Assembly (NCBI RefSeq): GCF_018350175.1
Contig: NC_058368.1
Location: forward strand, 132,868,001-132,932,000
Source: Felis catus
Taxonomy: Eukaryota
Direction of reading: 5' to 3'
Length of the DNA stretch: 64,000 nucleotides
Shown: piece after piece, positions 1 to 11,084 of the stretch
Numbering within the stretch: the stretch's first letter is position 1
Layout: every line of letters begins with the position of its first letter
Notes under the pieces: generated by a model
What the model saw: the letters and a program-made list of their open reading frames with translations, nothing else
The model's database searches: none
Told to the model about the DNA's origin: nothing
Made by a program: the position numbers and the translations under genes

Positions 1-97
1 TTTGGATTCTGTGTTACCCTCTGCCCCTCCTCTGCTTGCACTCTGTCTTTCTCTCTCAAAAATAAATAAACATTAAAAAAAATAAAAAATAAAAAAA
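1..97 (+). mobile_element. CAN-SINE 3' part (cut by window edge)
   Basis: gattctgtg...(CT)n...aaaataaataaacatt, A-tail. Confidence 0.85.
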
Positions 98-99
98 CC

Positions 100-303
100 T
101 GAGCCAAAATAAAAAAGTTCATAATACCTATCCTGTGTTTATTTTAAAAATAGTCATTTTGTTCATAAACAGATCATTTTTCAGTGATTTTAATTAAATA
201 ATACATTAAAATTTTTAATTTGATTACTGCATTGTTTTGGTGCTTCTTATATTTTGTGCTTGAGGTAATTGCTTCACTGGTTTCAACCTAGTCTTGGCCC
301 TGG
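100..303. mobile_element. hAT-Tip100-like MITE relic
   Basis: Terminus cctagtcttggccctg; weak resemblance only. Confidence 0.35.
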
Positions 304-1115
304 TTGGAAGTGATCTATTACTCTAATAGTCATCTGTTCAAAGCAAGAATTTATCATTTTACAAAGAATTGATTACTGATTGGCAGTTAGTCTTATTTAT
401 TGAAGTAGGTTTTCTTTGGTAATATAATCTTAGACCAGTTGGAATTAACCTATGTGTACACACTGTATTTTTAATAAAATTAGCCTAGAAAATTTTCACT
501 AATTCAGAATTAAACCTTTCCCCCATTTAGTTTGAAACAATGAGATTGGTAAACCCTTTAATGAAGCCAGTTTATTCTCTAATGTGTAACCTTACACAAA
601 TATAAGACTTTTAAGTTCTTTAGAAAAATTAAAAGGCCAATATTTAATTGGAACAAAATAAACTTGGCATGTACTGGAATTTTGATGTGGAAGATCAAAA
701 CTCAAAACTTCCTACTTCCTACTCAAAACTGCAAAGAGTCAAATTCTTAATTAAAAAATAGCTCTTACCTGGAAATTAAGGAAATCTTTTTGTTGTATTA
801 GGATTTTTCTAGTTGAGTATAAGCAAGACTCGTCAAGCATTGTTCTTACAGAAGCATATAAGTGGTTATTTAACAGGTCATTTTTTTAAAGTAGGGAAGT
901 ACTTGAGTTCATTTGAAATTCAGTATATAAATATATATAAATTTAGATAGTAAAACAATGTTAAATATATTCCATTGGATGTGTGTAAAGGAGAAGATAC
1001 TTATCTTTGATATATAAATTGTGATAAATGAATTGGAATTATTTGTTTTGAAAAATTGTTGGCTATAATATGTATAACTAAATTTATTTTTATTTGAATA
1101 TTGCAGTGTCTAAAA

Positions 1116-1304
1116 ATGACTACAAAACGAAGTTTGTTTGTGCGGTTGGTACCATGTCGGTGTCTACGAGGGGAAGAGGAGACTGTAACTACCCTTGATT
1201 ATTCTCATTGCAGTTTGGAACAGGTTCCCAAAGAGATTTTTACTTTTGAGAAAACTTTGGAGGAACTCTATTTAGATGCTAATCAGATTGAAGAGCTTCC
1301 AAAG
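1116..1304 (+). CDS. ERBIN: ERBIN coding exon 1 (exon starts 1107; aa 1-63)
   Basis: Acceptor ttgcag|1107, ATG at 1116, translation [63 protein letters not shown] matches the Erbin N-terminus (Cys14/Cys16 palmitoylation motif, first LRRs). Donor AAG|gtatgt, phase 0. Confidence 0.97.
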
Positions 1305-1342
1305 GTATGTTAATACTATCTTTTAAGAATTACCTTTGGTTT

Positions 1343-1556
1343 GGGGTGCCTAGGTGGCTCAGTTGGTCAAGTGCATGACTTCAGCTAAGATCATGATCTC
1401 ACAGTTCCTGGCTTCAAGCCCCACAACCGGCTCTGTGTGCTGACAGCTCAGAGCCTGGAGCCTGCTTCAGATTCTGTGTCTCCTTCTCTCTCTGCCCCTC
1501 CCCTACTCGCACTCTGTCTCTCTCTCAAAAATAAACATTAAAAAAAATTAAAAAAA
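1343..1556 (+). mobile_element. CAN-SINE (SINEC_Fc-type)
   Basis: tRNA-derived head, CT tract, A-tail; TSD aagaatt(a/g)cct(t/g)tggtt; 38 bp after the exon donor. Confidence 0.92.
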
Positions 1557-2014
1557 AAGAATTGCCTGTGGTTATTTTTATGCATAGAGATATAATATTC
1601 CCAGTGTTGCCATAATGCTGCCAATATATATGTGTTTCCATTGTTTTCTTTGTTTCTTATCTTTTTTTCTGGTTTAATTTTATCTTAGGGTATGCAACAC
1701 AATTAAGAATTTTGTAAAATAGAATTTTAAACTTTGTGTCTTCAAGCCAGTTGCTTGAATATTTAAATAAATAATTAAAATTTTATGTTTAATTTCAGTT
1801 TTTTATAGCCAGCGAGATAGAGTAAGACTATACAGTTTTGGCAGCCAGTAGATTTAGCTGGACAAATCATTAAAATTAATGTTTTCTTTTTGTAGTTTTT
1901 ATCAGACATTGGTCTATACTATTGCGATTGAGAATAAATTTTCCTTTTGGTTGTCATATAATATTTTTTGTTATTAAACAGTTTTTTAGACGTATTATTC
2001 CTTTTGCGACTTAA

Positions 2015-2443
2015 TTTTTTTTTTTTAAGTTTATTTATTTTGCGAGGAAACTATGAATGGGGTGGGGAAGGGAAGGAAGAGAGAGATTCCCAAACAGGCT
2101 TCATACTGTCAGCACAAGCCAATCTCACAAACGGAGATCATGACCTGACCTGAAATGAAGGAAAAATAAGATAAAAACAGAGAGGGAGGCAAACCATAAG
2201 AGACACTTAAATACAGAGAACAAACTGAGGGTTGCTTGCGGGGTGTTGGATGGGGGGATGGGCTAAATGGGTGATGGGCATTAAGGAGGACATTTGTTGG
2301 GATGAGCACTGGGGGTTGTATGTAAGTGACGAATCATTAAATTCTACTCCAGAAGCCATTATTACACTCTATGTTAACTAACTTATATTTAAAAAAAAAA
2401 AAAAAGAGTCGGATGTATAGCCAACTCAGCCACCCAGGTGCCC
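2015..2443 (-). mobile_element. CAN-SINE split by an L1 fragment
   Basis: Halves at 2015-2156 and 2404-2443 rejoin as tgaaat|aagagtcgg. Confidence 0.85.
2157..2403 (+). mobile_element. L1 3'UTR fragment nested in a SINE
   Basis: Similar to the 3'UTR at 52480-52650 (cataagagac...gagaacaaactgagggttg...gggatgagcactggg); ends in polyA and splits a minus-strand SINE. Confidence 0.85.
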
Positions 2444-2737
2444 GAGAGCTTAACTTTTCTGAAATGTAAGAATAACTAGAGGGAGAAAGTTGGTTTGTTG
2501 CCATGAAACATCTATCCTCTCACATTATCAAAATTTTTCAGTGGCTACTTGTTTTCCCTTAAATCCTAATCCCTCTTCATTCTCAACTCAGTTTTTTGTT
2601 TATTATGGAAAAACTGCAATAGATTTAATTGTTAGAATGTTTTACTACCCAAACAGTAGTGTTTATCACAACTGTGTAGAGAGGCACTGATGGTTCATAA
2701 ATATGTGTGGCATTTCCAAAAAGCAAACTATGATTTG

Positions 2738-3131
2738 CACTGGCAGATTTAGAAGATAAAAATAGAAGACACCCAGTGAAATTATAATTTTTTTTATTTC
2801 GTTTCTTTATTTTTGAGAGGCAGAGAGAGACAGAGCATGAGTGGGGGGAGGGGCAGAGAGAGAGGGAGATACAGAATCTGAAGCAGGCTCCAGACTTTGA
2901 GCCATCAGCCCAGAGCCCGACACAGGGCTCCAACCCACAAACCATGAGATTATGACCTGAGCTGAAGTCGGACACTCAACCGACTGAGCCACCCAGGCAC
3001 CCCTGAAATTATAATTTTTAGATGAATGGTGAATAATTTTTTAACGTAAGTGTTTTATGCAATAAATGGGGCATACTTCTACTAAAAATTATTCATTCTT
3101 TCCAGAAGTTCGAATTTCATCTGGCAACCCT
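2738..3131. mobile_element. MER53-like hAT MITE split by a SINE
   Basis: ggcagatttag...aaaaatagaagacacccagt [SINE] ...gcaataaatggggcatactt...tctggcaaccct. Confidence 0.65.
2793..3003 (-). mobile_element. CAN-SINE
   Basis: TSD tgaaattataattttt at 2777-2792 and 3004-3019. Confidence 0.93.
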
Positions 3132-3649
3132 AACTTGAAATAGAATAGAAAGTAGAGTGTGTTGCATGTGTCCATTGTTGCATGAAATATTTGTGTTAAA
3201 TGTCTCTGTGTGTACATACTGGATGGCAGTCCTTTGAAAAAGGCTTTTCTTTCAGTGGCCACTAGTAAAAATATTTTGAAAGCTAGTGCCGTCCAAGCTT
3301 GTCTTATAAAGAAATCTGTGTATGGCTAAGGATAGAATATTAAAGATTGCAGTTGTATGTTTATAAATTACTTCCCCAGGTTGTAATAAGGTGCTTTGTA
3401 AATTATTTTTTCCTTATATAGTTCTTTAGAAAATAATTTATCTTCCTTTTGTTATTTTGGAAAACTTGAAAGTCTAAGAGTAGTCTCTTTCTGTAATAAG
3501 TACTAGTAGGGTCTCAGTCTGAGGATTGAGGGGAAAAGAGAGGCTTGCTGTGAAAGTGCAAATAACTGAACCACTTAAGCATAACTTACCATTTTTAGAA
3601 GAATGCTCTTCTCAAATAGGGCTTATTCAGTGCCATCCTGATTAACAGT

Positions 3650-3960
3650 TTTTTGTTTGTTTTTCTAAACACTTTAACATTTTAAGAACAGTTGTAGGTT
3701 CACAGCAAAATCGAGATTTCTCATATACCTACACTGTTCCCACACATGCATAGCCTCCACCATTGTCAACATACTTTAGCAGAGTGGTGCTTACATTAAA
3801 ATTGATGAACCTATGTTGAAAAATTATAATCACCCAGAGTCCATAGTTTGCAGTATAGTTGTACATTTATGGGTTTGGACAAATGTATAATGAAATGTTT
3901 CCATGATTGTGGTATCATACAGAGTATTTTCATTGCCCTAAAAATTCTCTGTGCTCCGTA
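3650..3960 (-). mobile_element. Old L1 (L1MC-like) 3' end
   Basis: taggttcacagcaaaat...gatgaacct...cacccagagtccatagttt...gggtttggacaaatgtataatga resembles the L1MC consensus. Confidence 0.7.
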
Positions 3961-4145
3961 TAGTCTGTAGTTTTTTGGTATTGAAGTTAGAAGTGACCCA
4001 TTTACCTACACTTCTGGTTGAATATATTTTATTTAAAATATATTTTATTTAAATAAATATATTGTATTTTAATGTATTATTGTGATTTTAGCATAATAGG
4101 ATATTTGTTCCCTTATTTTTTTGTTTTCCCAAATCAGAACTGTGT

Positions 4146-4330
4146 TTTTGTTTTTTAGCTTTGTTTGTTTGTTTTTGTTTTTATGAGACAGGGAAAGAGA
4201 GAATTCCCAGCAGGCTCCATGCTGTCAGCACAGGGCCCAACTTGGGGCTCAATCTCACAGACCATGAGATCATAACCTGAGCTGAAATCAAAAGTTAGGT
4301 GCTTAACTGACTGAACCACGCAAGTGCCCC
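4146..4330 (-). mobile_element. CAN-SINE
   Basis: Consensus-like head and body. Confidence 0.88.
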
Positions 4331-4718
4331 TATTTTGAATCATTTAAAATCATTGTACTTATTTGAATTTAATTTTCATAAACTTTCGTTTTGGAATAAG
4401 GATGTTTGAAATACAAGTTTCAAATTTTAGCTTTTTTAATAGCCACTTATTCTTTACTACTTTAACCAAGAATACAGCCATATAATTGTTCTTATTAAGT
4501 GCATTTTGCTTAGGGCTGAAGTGTGAATATGTAAATGATTGAGTAGTTCAGTTGTGTTCAAATCTATGATAGCAGGAAACAATTAGAGATCTTTCTTGGT
4601 ATTTATGTAGATACAATTCATTCAGTTTTAGTTACACTAATATTTTTTTGTATAAATGTTAATAAAATATTTAAGGAAACTTAAATAATCAAAAACTTTT
4701 CTTTCCTTGTTTCAATAG

Positions 4719-4836
4719 CAACTTTTTAACTGTCAGTCTCTACATAAACTGAGTTTGCCAGACAATGATTTAACAACATTACCAGCATCTATTGCAAATC
4801 TCATTAATCTCAGGGAACTGGATGTCAGCAAGAATG
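4719..4836 (+). CDS. ERBIN: ERBIN coding exon 2 (LRR)
   Basis: ttcaatag|CAA...; [40 protein letters not shown]; donor G|gtaaga; 118 nt. Confidence 0.97.
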
Positions 4837-4845
4837 GTAAGATTT

Positions 4846-4859
4846 CCCCCCCCCCCCCC
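4846..4859 (+). repeat. C14 homopolymer at intron position +10
   Basis: gtaagattt followed by 14 C. Confidence 0.95.
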
Positions 4860-6180
4860 GACTTAAGTGGGAACACGTTATTTTGTTAAGATTTCTATTG
4901 TGTGTTAACAAACAAAAATATAAAATTTAAAAGTATTATTGTATTAGCTTCTATATATATGTATAACTTACATATATGATAGCTTAAAGCACTATGGAGA
5001 ATAAATGTAAAAAATTTTAAATGACCTTTTAATTAAAATGTTATGGATACATGCATGTACATATTTATATATCTTTACCTTTATATATTTATAAATATTC
5101 ACTGTCCTTTTGTTTGTAATGATGAGAAACTACTAACAACTGTAGTGTTCATTGTTCATGACACTGTTTGGTACAGTCATAGAGTGGCATCTAATGTAGC
5201 TCTATCAATACGGACATGAAATATTTACAGTATAGTCTTAACTGTTTAAAAAAATGTTGTGCAACATTAGAAATGAATTGAACATCTTTAAATCTTTATT
5301 GAGAGACCAGTTTTTGCCAAGTACTTTATTAGGACCTAGGATTACATTTAATGATGAGAAATAAAAGGACATGGTGACTGTTCTGCTGCATACAGTTTTG
5401 GTTTAGTACGTTTAGTTTGATATAGACTGAAAACATCGGGGAAAATACATTCCAAAATGTTAAGTGCTTATCTTGTCTGAGAGAGACAAGTAGATACTTG
5501 AAAATTTTAGAAGGAGCATGTATTTATTACATAATTACAAAAACAAATCACAAGACAGTAAATGTTAAATGGTCTGTCAAAAGATAAGACTTCAACGAAC
5601 ACTAAATAGCAAGTCATATTCATATAATTCTTTGTAACATTTGGAGAAAATCTTTATAAACGAGGTCCAAAAGTTAGTGCAGTAGCACCAGTAAATGCCT
5701 AGCAATCCTATTCCATAGCTCTTGGTTGCAGAGTTACTTTTTGTCTTGATGATATGAATATCCAGGAGTAATCTTTCCAACATATCAATTCCACGTTTTA
5801 GGACTCATTATGAAAACCACATTAGGACCGATTAAAAAGATCATCCTCTTTTCACAATTAACAGTTAACTTGGAATTAATTAACGATGGTGTCTACCCAT
5901 TGCCATAAATAAAATACTTAAAAGTCAATAAATACATTTACTGCATGCCTTGATATGCTAAGCCCTAATTATCTTAGTTGTGGGCATTCCATATCAAATA
6001 ATTGTATATTTTGTAGGAAAATCATCAAATCTATACCTTTTTAAGGATTAAATCCTTTTTAAGGAGGTATAATATGTCCATATGCACTCTGGATTCAGGT
6101 TCAGGTTACAGTGGTTAGTGCTCTACTGGGTTTCAATTGTCAATAGCCAATAAATTTTAAGTTTAAAAGTTTTAATTTTT

Positions 6181-6432
6181 TTATTTAATTTTTTTTAATG
6201 AAATTTATTGTCAAATTGGTTTCCATACAACACCCAGTGCTCATCCCAAAAAATGCTCTCTTCAATACCCATCACCCACCCTCCCCTCCCTCCCACCCCC
6301 CCCCATCAACCCTCAGTTCTCAGTTTTTAAGAGTCTCTTATGCTTTGGCTCTCTCCCACTCTGACCTCTTTTTTTTTTTTTTTCCTTCCCCTCCCCCATG
6401 GGTTTCTGTTAAGTTTCTCATGATCCACATAA
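6181..6432 (-). mobile_element. Young L1 3'UTR fragment (same type as the 51.3-52.7 kb copy)
   Basis: Reverse complement of 52445-52690; perfect 16-bp TSD aaaagttttaattttt at 6165-6180 and 6433-6448. Confidence 0.92.
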
Positions 6433-6526
6433 AAAAGTTTTAATTTTTAAGATTGTTATTGAATCATTTAACTTTATGGTTAAATTTTTCTGTTACATGA
6501 AAAAAAATCTGTGTTTAAAAAAAAAT

Positions 6527-6738
6527 TTTTTTTTAAATGTTTATTTATTTTTGAGAGAGACAGAGACAGGATGTGAGTGGGTTAGGGGCAGAGAGAGAGG
6601 GAGACAAAGAATCCAAAGCAGGCTCCAGGCTCTGAGCTGTCAGCACAGAGCCCGACGCAGGCCTCAAACTCACGAGCTGTGAGATCATGACCTGAGCCGA
6701 AGTCGGACACTCAACTGGCTGAGCCACCCAGGTGCCTC
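6527..6738 (-). mobile_element. CAN-SINE
   Basis: Full length; flanking aaaaaaatctgt repeats. Confidence 0.92.
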
Positions 6739-7715
6739 AAAAAAATCTGTTTTAAATAAAAATTTAGAATTTTTCCTTTAGATTGGATTCATTTATATCC
6801 TGTTTTTCTTCAATTTATTTCAAAAATTTCGTAGTCAAAATAAAAGCCTACGTAAGAATTGACAGAACGCTCATGGTTTCACCCACCATTAGCATTTTGC
6901 CATATTTGCTTTCTTTCTTTTTTAAAAATACGAATTTTTGAATTTAATGTTCAAGGAAAAGATATATTGTTGCTTATATAAAATTTCTTTTTAGTAAACT
7001 TACTTATTAACATTTTAGGTTGCAGACATGAACTTTACCATTAAATACTGGAAGTAGCATTTCTCAAGAACTTGGAAATCCTTACATGTAACCATAATAT
7101 CATTATCACTTTCAAGAAATTTGACATTACATTTTCCCTCTTGCCTAAAAATGACCCTTTTAGCTATTTCCTCCCCCACCTCCAAAGTTAAAGATCACAT
7201 AGCGTTCAGTTTTGTCTCTTTGATCTTTTAAAATCAGGAATAGTTTGCCCATCTTTTTGTGTTTTTCATGACATTGCCATTTTGAAGAGTTTAGGTCAGT
7301 TGGTTTTTAATTTGTGTGACTTTTCCCATCATGGTTATATTTAGGTTAAATAGATTTCCTCAGCTTGAAACTTCTCTTTAAGGGCAGTTTGAAATTAGTT
7401 TCAATTCCTGGTGCTTAGTAGAATGACAAGTATTGCCTGATAAATTTCAAAGTAAATGAACTTAATCCATTGCCTTTGTAGCTCTCCATATGCTGATAGT
7501 TAAGTCAGCTCCATAGTATTCTAGAATTGTGACAGTAGAAGTCATTAAATGTAACCTCCACCCTAAAGGGCTATGTTTTCTACTTTTTGATCTTTTTAAA
7601 TGGGAGATGTTAAGGTATAAGGAAAGAGACCTGACTATTACTAATACAATTGTATGCACCTGGGAAAGGCTGGTAAATTGATGCCACAATCCTGGTATGA
7701 AAATATAGTTGGTTT

Positions 7716-7916
7716 GGGGCACCTGTGTGACTCAGTTGGTTAAGCGTCCGACTTAGGCTCAGATCATGCTCTTGTGGTCTCTGGGCTCAAGCCCCACGTG
7801 CTGAGCTATCAGCACAGAGCCTGAACCTGCTTGGATTCTGTGTCTCCCTGTCTCTCTGCCCCTCCCCTGCTCTCTCACTCAAAATTAAATAAATGTTAAA
7901 AAAATAAAAAAAAAAA
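7716..7916 (+). mobile_element. CAN-SINE
   Basis: Full length with A-tail. Confidence 0.9.
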
Positions 7917-8037
7917 GAAAATATTACTTGGCTCAATAATGAACATATACCTCCTGAAAATGCATTAACCCCAGGTTTATTACTCTGAATTGAGAATGGT
8001 GTGATTATGGTTGTGCAGAGTCCTTAAATCAATATTT

Positions 8038-8296
8038 AATTTAACTTAATATAATTTAATTTAATCCTATTTTATTTTATGTTATTTTAAAATGTTTTTT
8101 TATTATTTATTTTTGAGAGAGAGAGACAGATCATGAGTGGGGAGAGTCAGGAAGAGAGGGAGACACAGAATCTGAAGAAGCTCCAGGCTCTGAGCTGTCA
8201 GCACAGAGCCCAACACAGGGCTCAAACTCACAAACCGTGGGATCATGACATGAGCCAAAGTTGGACACTTAATGGACTGAGCCACCCAGGTGCCCC
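8038..8296 (-). mobile_element. CAN-SINE
   Basis: Long AT-rich tail; flanking ccttaaatca repeats. Confidence 0.9.
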
Positions 8297-8370
8297 TTAA
8301 ATCAGTGTTTTAGACTTTTGTGCACCTTTTAAAAGTAATGTGTTTGAGTTATGGCAACCCATTGGACTGT

Positions 8371-8374
<4 letters not shown>

Positions 8375-8427
<53 letters not shown>

Positions 8428-8603
8428 GTTTATTTATTTATTTTGAGAGAAACAGGGAGGGGCAGAGAGAACAAGAGAGAATCCCATGCAGGCTCCACGC
8501 TGTCAGCGCAGAGCCTGACACGGGGCCTGATCCCACAAACTGCTAGATCATGACCTAAGCTGAAATTGGATGTTCAACCAAGTGAGCCACCCAGGCACCC
8601 CCC
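8375..8603 (-). mobile_element. CAN-SINE with (TC)n microsatellite at its tail (about 8377-8424)
   Basis: SINE body plus about 24 TC units. Confidence 0.88.
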
Positions 8604-10041
8604 CCTTTCTTTTTTTCAGCCGTTTCTTGCTGCTTATATTGAAAACCTGTTTTATACAATTCCATCATCTTGTGAGTGTTCTTTTTATGAGTAAAGTCAT
8701 ATGACTTTATGAATCTTCCTTTTATGACTAAAGTTTTGGTTTATTGTTAGCTTTTTAAAGAAAGAAAAAGCTCGCCAAGCTGCTATCCCAAGTCATTGCA
8801 AACAGCAACTAGTGTTCGAGAAGTTCTTATCTCTTGTGTTCAAATGGCCTTTCCCTCTTGAGAAGACTAATGGTGATGATGATTAAAATATTCTGCCAGA
8901 GTAATTGATTGGGGATGCTGGTTGGGAAGGGGAGATAAAAGAAATGAAGACTGCCTACTTGTTCATTCATCTGTTTGAGCACATGGAATAGAAAGCCAGA
9001 AAATTGTAAGAAAACCAGAGAAACCAGAAAGAGTAGTTCAGATCTTTCTGATATGGGAATGCTAGAGAGGTTAAATAAGGCCTTTCTTTTTAATTGAGTC
9101 CAAAAGCCCAGGAAGAATGAATTGAAAGTTCATGGTGAAAACAGAAAGCAGTTCATTGAACCTGAGAAAATATGATTGGGGACCAACTGCTGGCAAAGGC
9201 TCTTCACTTTAAGTTCAGAGAAGTTAAATTGATGATAAGGAAAATTACAGATGTCTTGGGAAGTCATTTTAAGATAAAAAAAAAGAAGAAAAACCATGTG
9301 TTAAACTAACCTGGAACTTAAAAATATTTAGACCAGTGATCACTTGTCATTGCCAAGTATGTTAATGATGTAGACTGTAACTGGGGGTGCACTCACTGTG
9401 CCTTACCATGGGCCTTATCACTCATGTTATATACCTTGTCAAATCAGACATCTATTATCCCTTGATCGGTATAATTATTTGAGTTTGCAGTTCCTGGTTT
9501 TGACTGTTTTGAATGGAACTCCCTGTTATATTCTGTGCTATTTATTACCATAGCATTTCAAGTGCAGTAACATTAAGGAGCCACTATTAACTTATATTCT
9601 GTAATTAGGACATTGGAATATTGATGCCCTTTCAGCAGAGATCACCAGAAACTCACCTGTGGTTGAACAGTTTGGGTTTATTACTTGATGCAGTGAGTAA
9701 AAACCCATACTGTGGGAATCTAAGTGGTGTCTCAAGGTATTAAAAATAAAGACTTATTACAGGATTTGAGCTTTTGTTTGGTGATTTGGGGGAGGGTTTA
9801 GAATATGAGGTTTTACTCTGGACACAATGCTGTCAAGAAGTAGAGGTAGCTCTATAATTGGGAATTAGAATAAATCTTACCTGTTAGGGAGGGCATATTA
9901 CAGCAAGGCTAAAATTGTAATTGATAAAGAAACAGCAGTCACTCAACAGTTGGGAGAAGGGGTTGTTTGATATTTTGTGTTTTGGACGATGTTCATATTC
10001 AGATGTAATTACATTTGATTGTGTTTGTTCAGACATGATGA

Positions 10042-10593
10042 TGGTTGACCCTTGAACGATGTAGGAGTTAGGAGCACCAACCCTGTACACTGTTGAAAAT
10101 CTGTGTATAACTTTTGGTTCCCCTCAAACTTAACTATGCTAGTAGTCTACTGTTGACAAGAAGCCTTACCCCTAACATATATTATGTATGTATAATAAAC
10201 ATAACATACAACATATTTTGTATATGTCTTATATAATGTATTATTACAATAAAGTTAGTGGAAAAAAGTTATTAAGAAAGTCATAAGATGGGGGGCCTGG
10301 GTGGCGCAGTCGGTTAAGCATCCAACTTCAGCCAGGTCATGATCTCGCGGTCCGTGAGTTCGAGCCCCGCGTCGGGCTCTGGGCTGATGGCTCGGAGCCT
10401 GGAGCCTGTTTCCGATTCTGTGTCTCCCTGTCTCTCTGCCCCTCCCCCGTTCATGCTCTGTCTCTCTCTGTCCCAAAAATAAATAAACGTTGAAAGAAAG
10501 TCATAAGAGAAAACACATTTACAGTACTGTAAGAAACATCCTTGTATAAGTGGACCTGCACCATTCAAACCCATGTTGTTTGAAGGTTAACTG
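10042..10593 (+). mobile_element. Tigger2-type (TcMar) non-autonomous DNA transposon, interrupted by a SINE
   Basis: Degenerate TIRs ggttgacccttgaac...gttgtttgaaggttaactg followed by TA; internal gtataacttttg...aaacttaacta...ctactgttgac. Confidence 0.8.
10290..10493 (+). mobile_element. Young CAN-SINE inside the Tigger element
   Basis: CpG-rich; TSD aagaaagtcataaga at 10274-10288 and 10494-10508. Confidence 0.95.
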
Positions 10594-11084
10594 TACAAAT
10601 TTGCTGTTGCCTTGATCTTTCATGGTCATAGAGTGGCCTGGTCTGATGTTGATACTCTTTGAAATTACTTAGTTTAACAAGAGAATACCAAGACCTCTCT
10701 TTGAATGCCAAGTAGATGGTTCATAGTAAGACACAGGACTAGCTCATAGTACCAGGCCAGCTCCTAGATGTCAGGAGGTATATGCTGTGTCCCAGCAGTA
10801 GAGAAAGAGTTCTTCTGTAACGAAGCAATAGTAAGATAAAGAGGACAGCCACATTTTGTAACATCTAATCTAGTGTTTTCCATTTACTAAGTTTGAGCAA
10901 CAGAGTCAAATTCTTATAAAAAGGGTATATGACAAAGAAGGAGCAGTATTCAATTGGAAATGAAAAAGGAACAGATATTTGAAATTGTTAGAGAATTAAG
11001 AAGTAACTCATGATAAAATTCAGGTTCTGCATACTTTAAGGATAAAATGAGCCATCTTTGAAGACTGGCTAACATAAGCTTTGA

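Larger units (their letters stand above)
9600..10780. mobile_element. Old LTR-like element interrupted by a Tigger2-type MITE
   Basis: G/T-rich LTR-like sequence on both sides of the Tigger insertion; family not determined. Confidence 0.4.

Noticed and set aside
1..1106. Promoter or CpG island upstream of the ATG
   Set aside because: AT-rich with no CpG island, and the ATG exon has a splice acceptor, so the promoter lies outside the window.
1101..1313. ORF-track start at 1101 (MQCLKM...) and end ...PKVC
   Set aside because: 1101 is a TTG within the splice acceptor. The real start is ATG 1116, and the frame leaves at the 1304 donor.
4021..4063. AT-only 16-bp tandem repeat and palindrome tttatttaaataaa
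   Set aside because: Expected by chance or slippage in very AT-rich DNA.
5592..5783. 63-aa minus-strand ORF as a processed pseudogene or transposase
   Set aside because: No recognisable protein similarity, polyA tail or TSD.
6031..6071. Imperfect hairpin tatacctttttaaggattaaatcctttttaaggaggtata
   Set aside because: Too short and AU-rich for a pre-miRNA; no snoRNA boxes.
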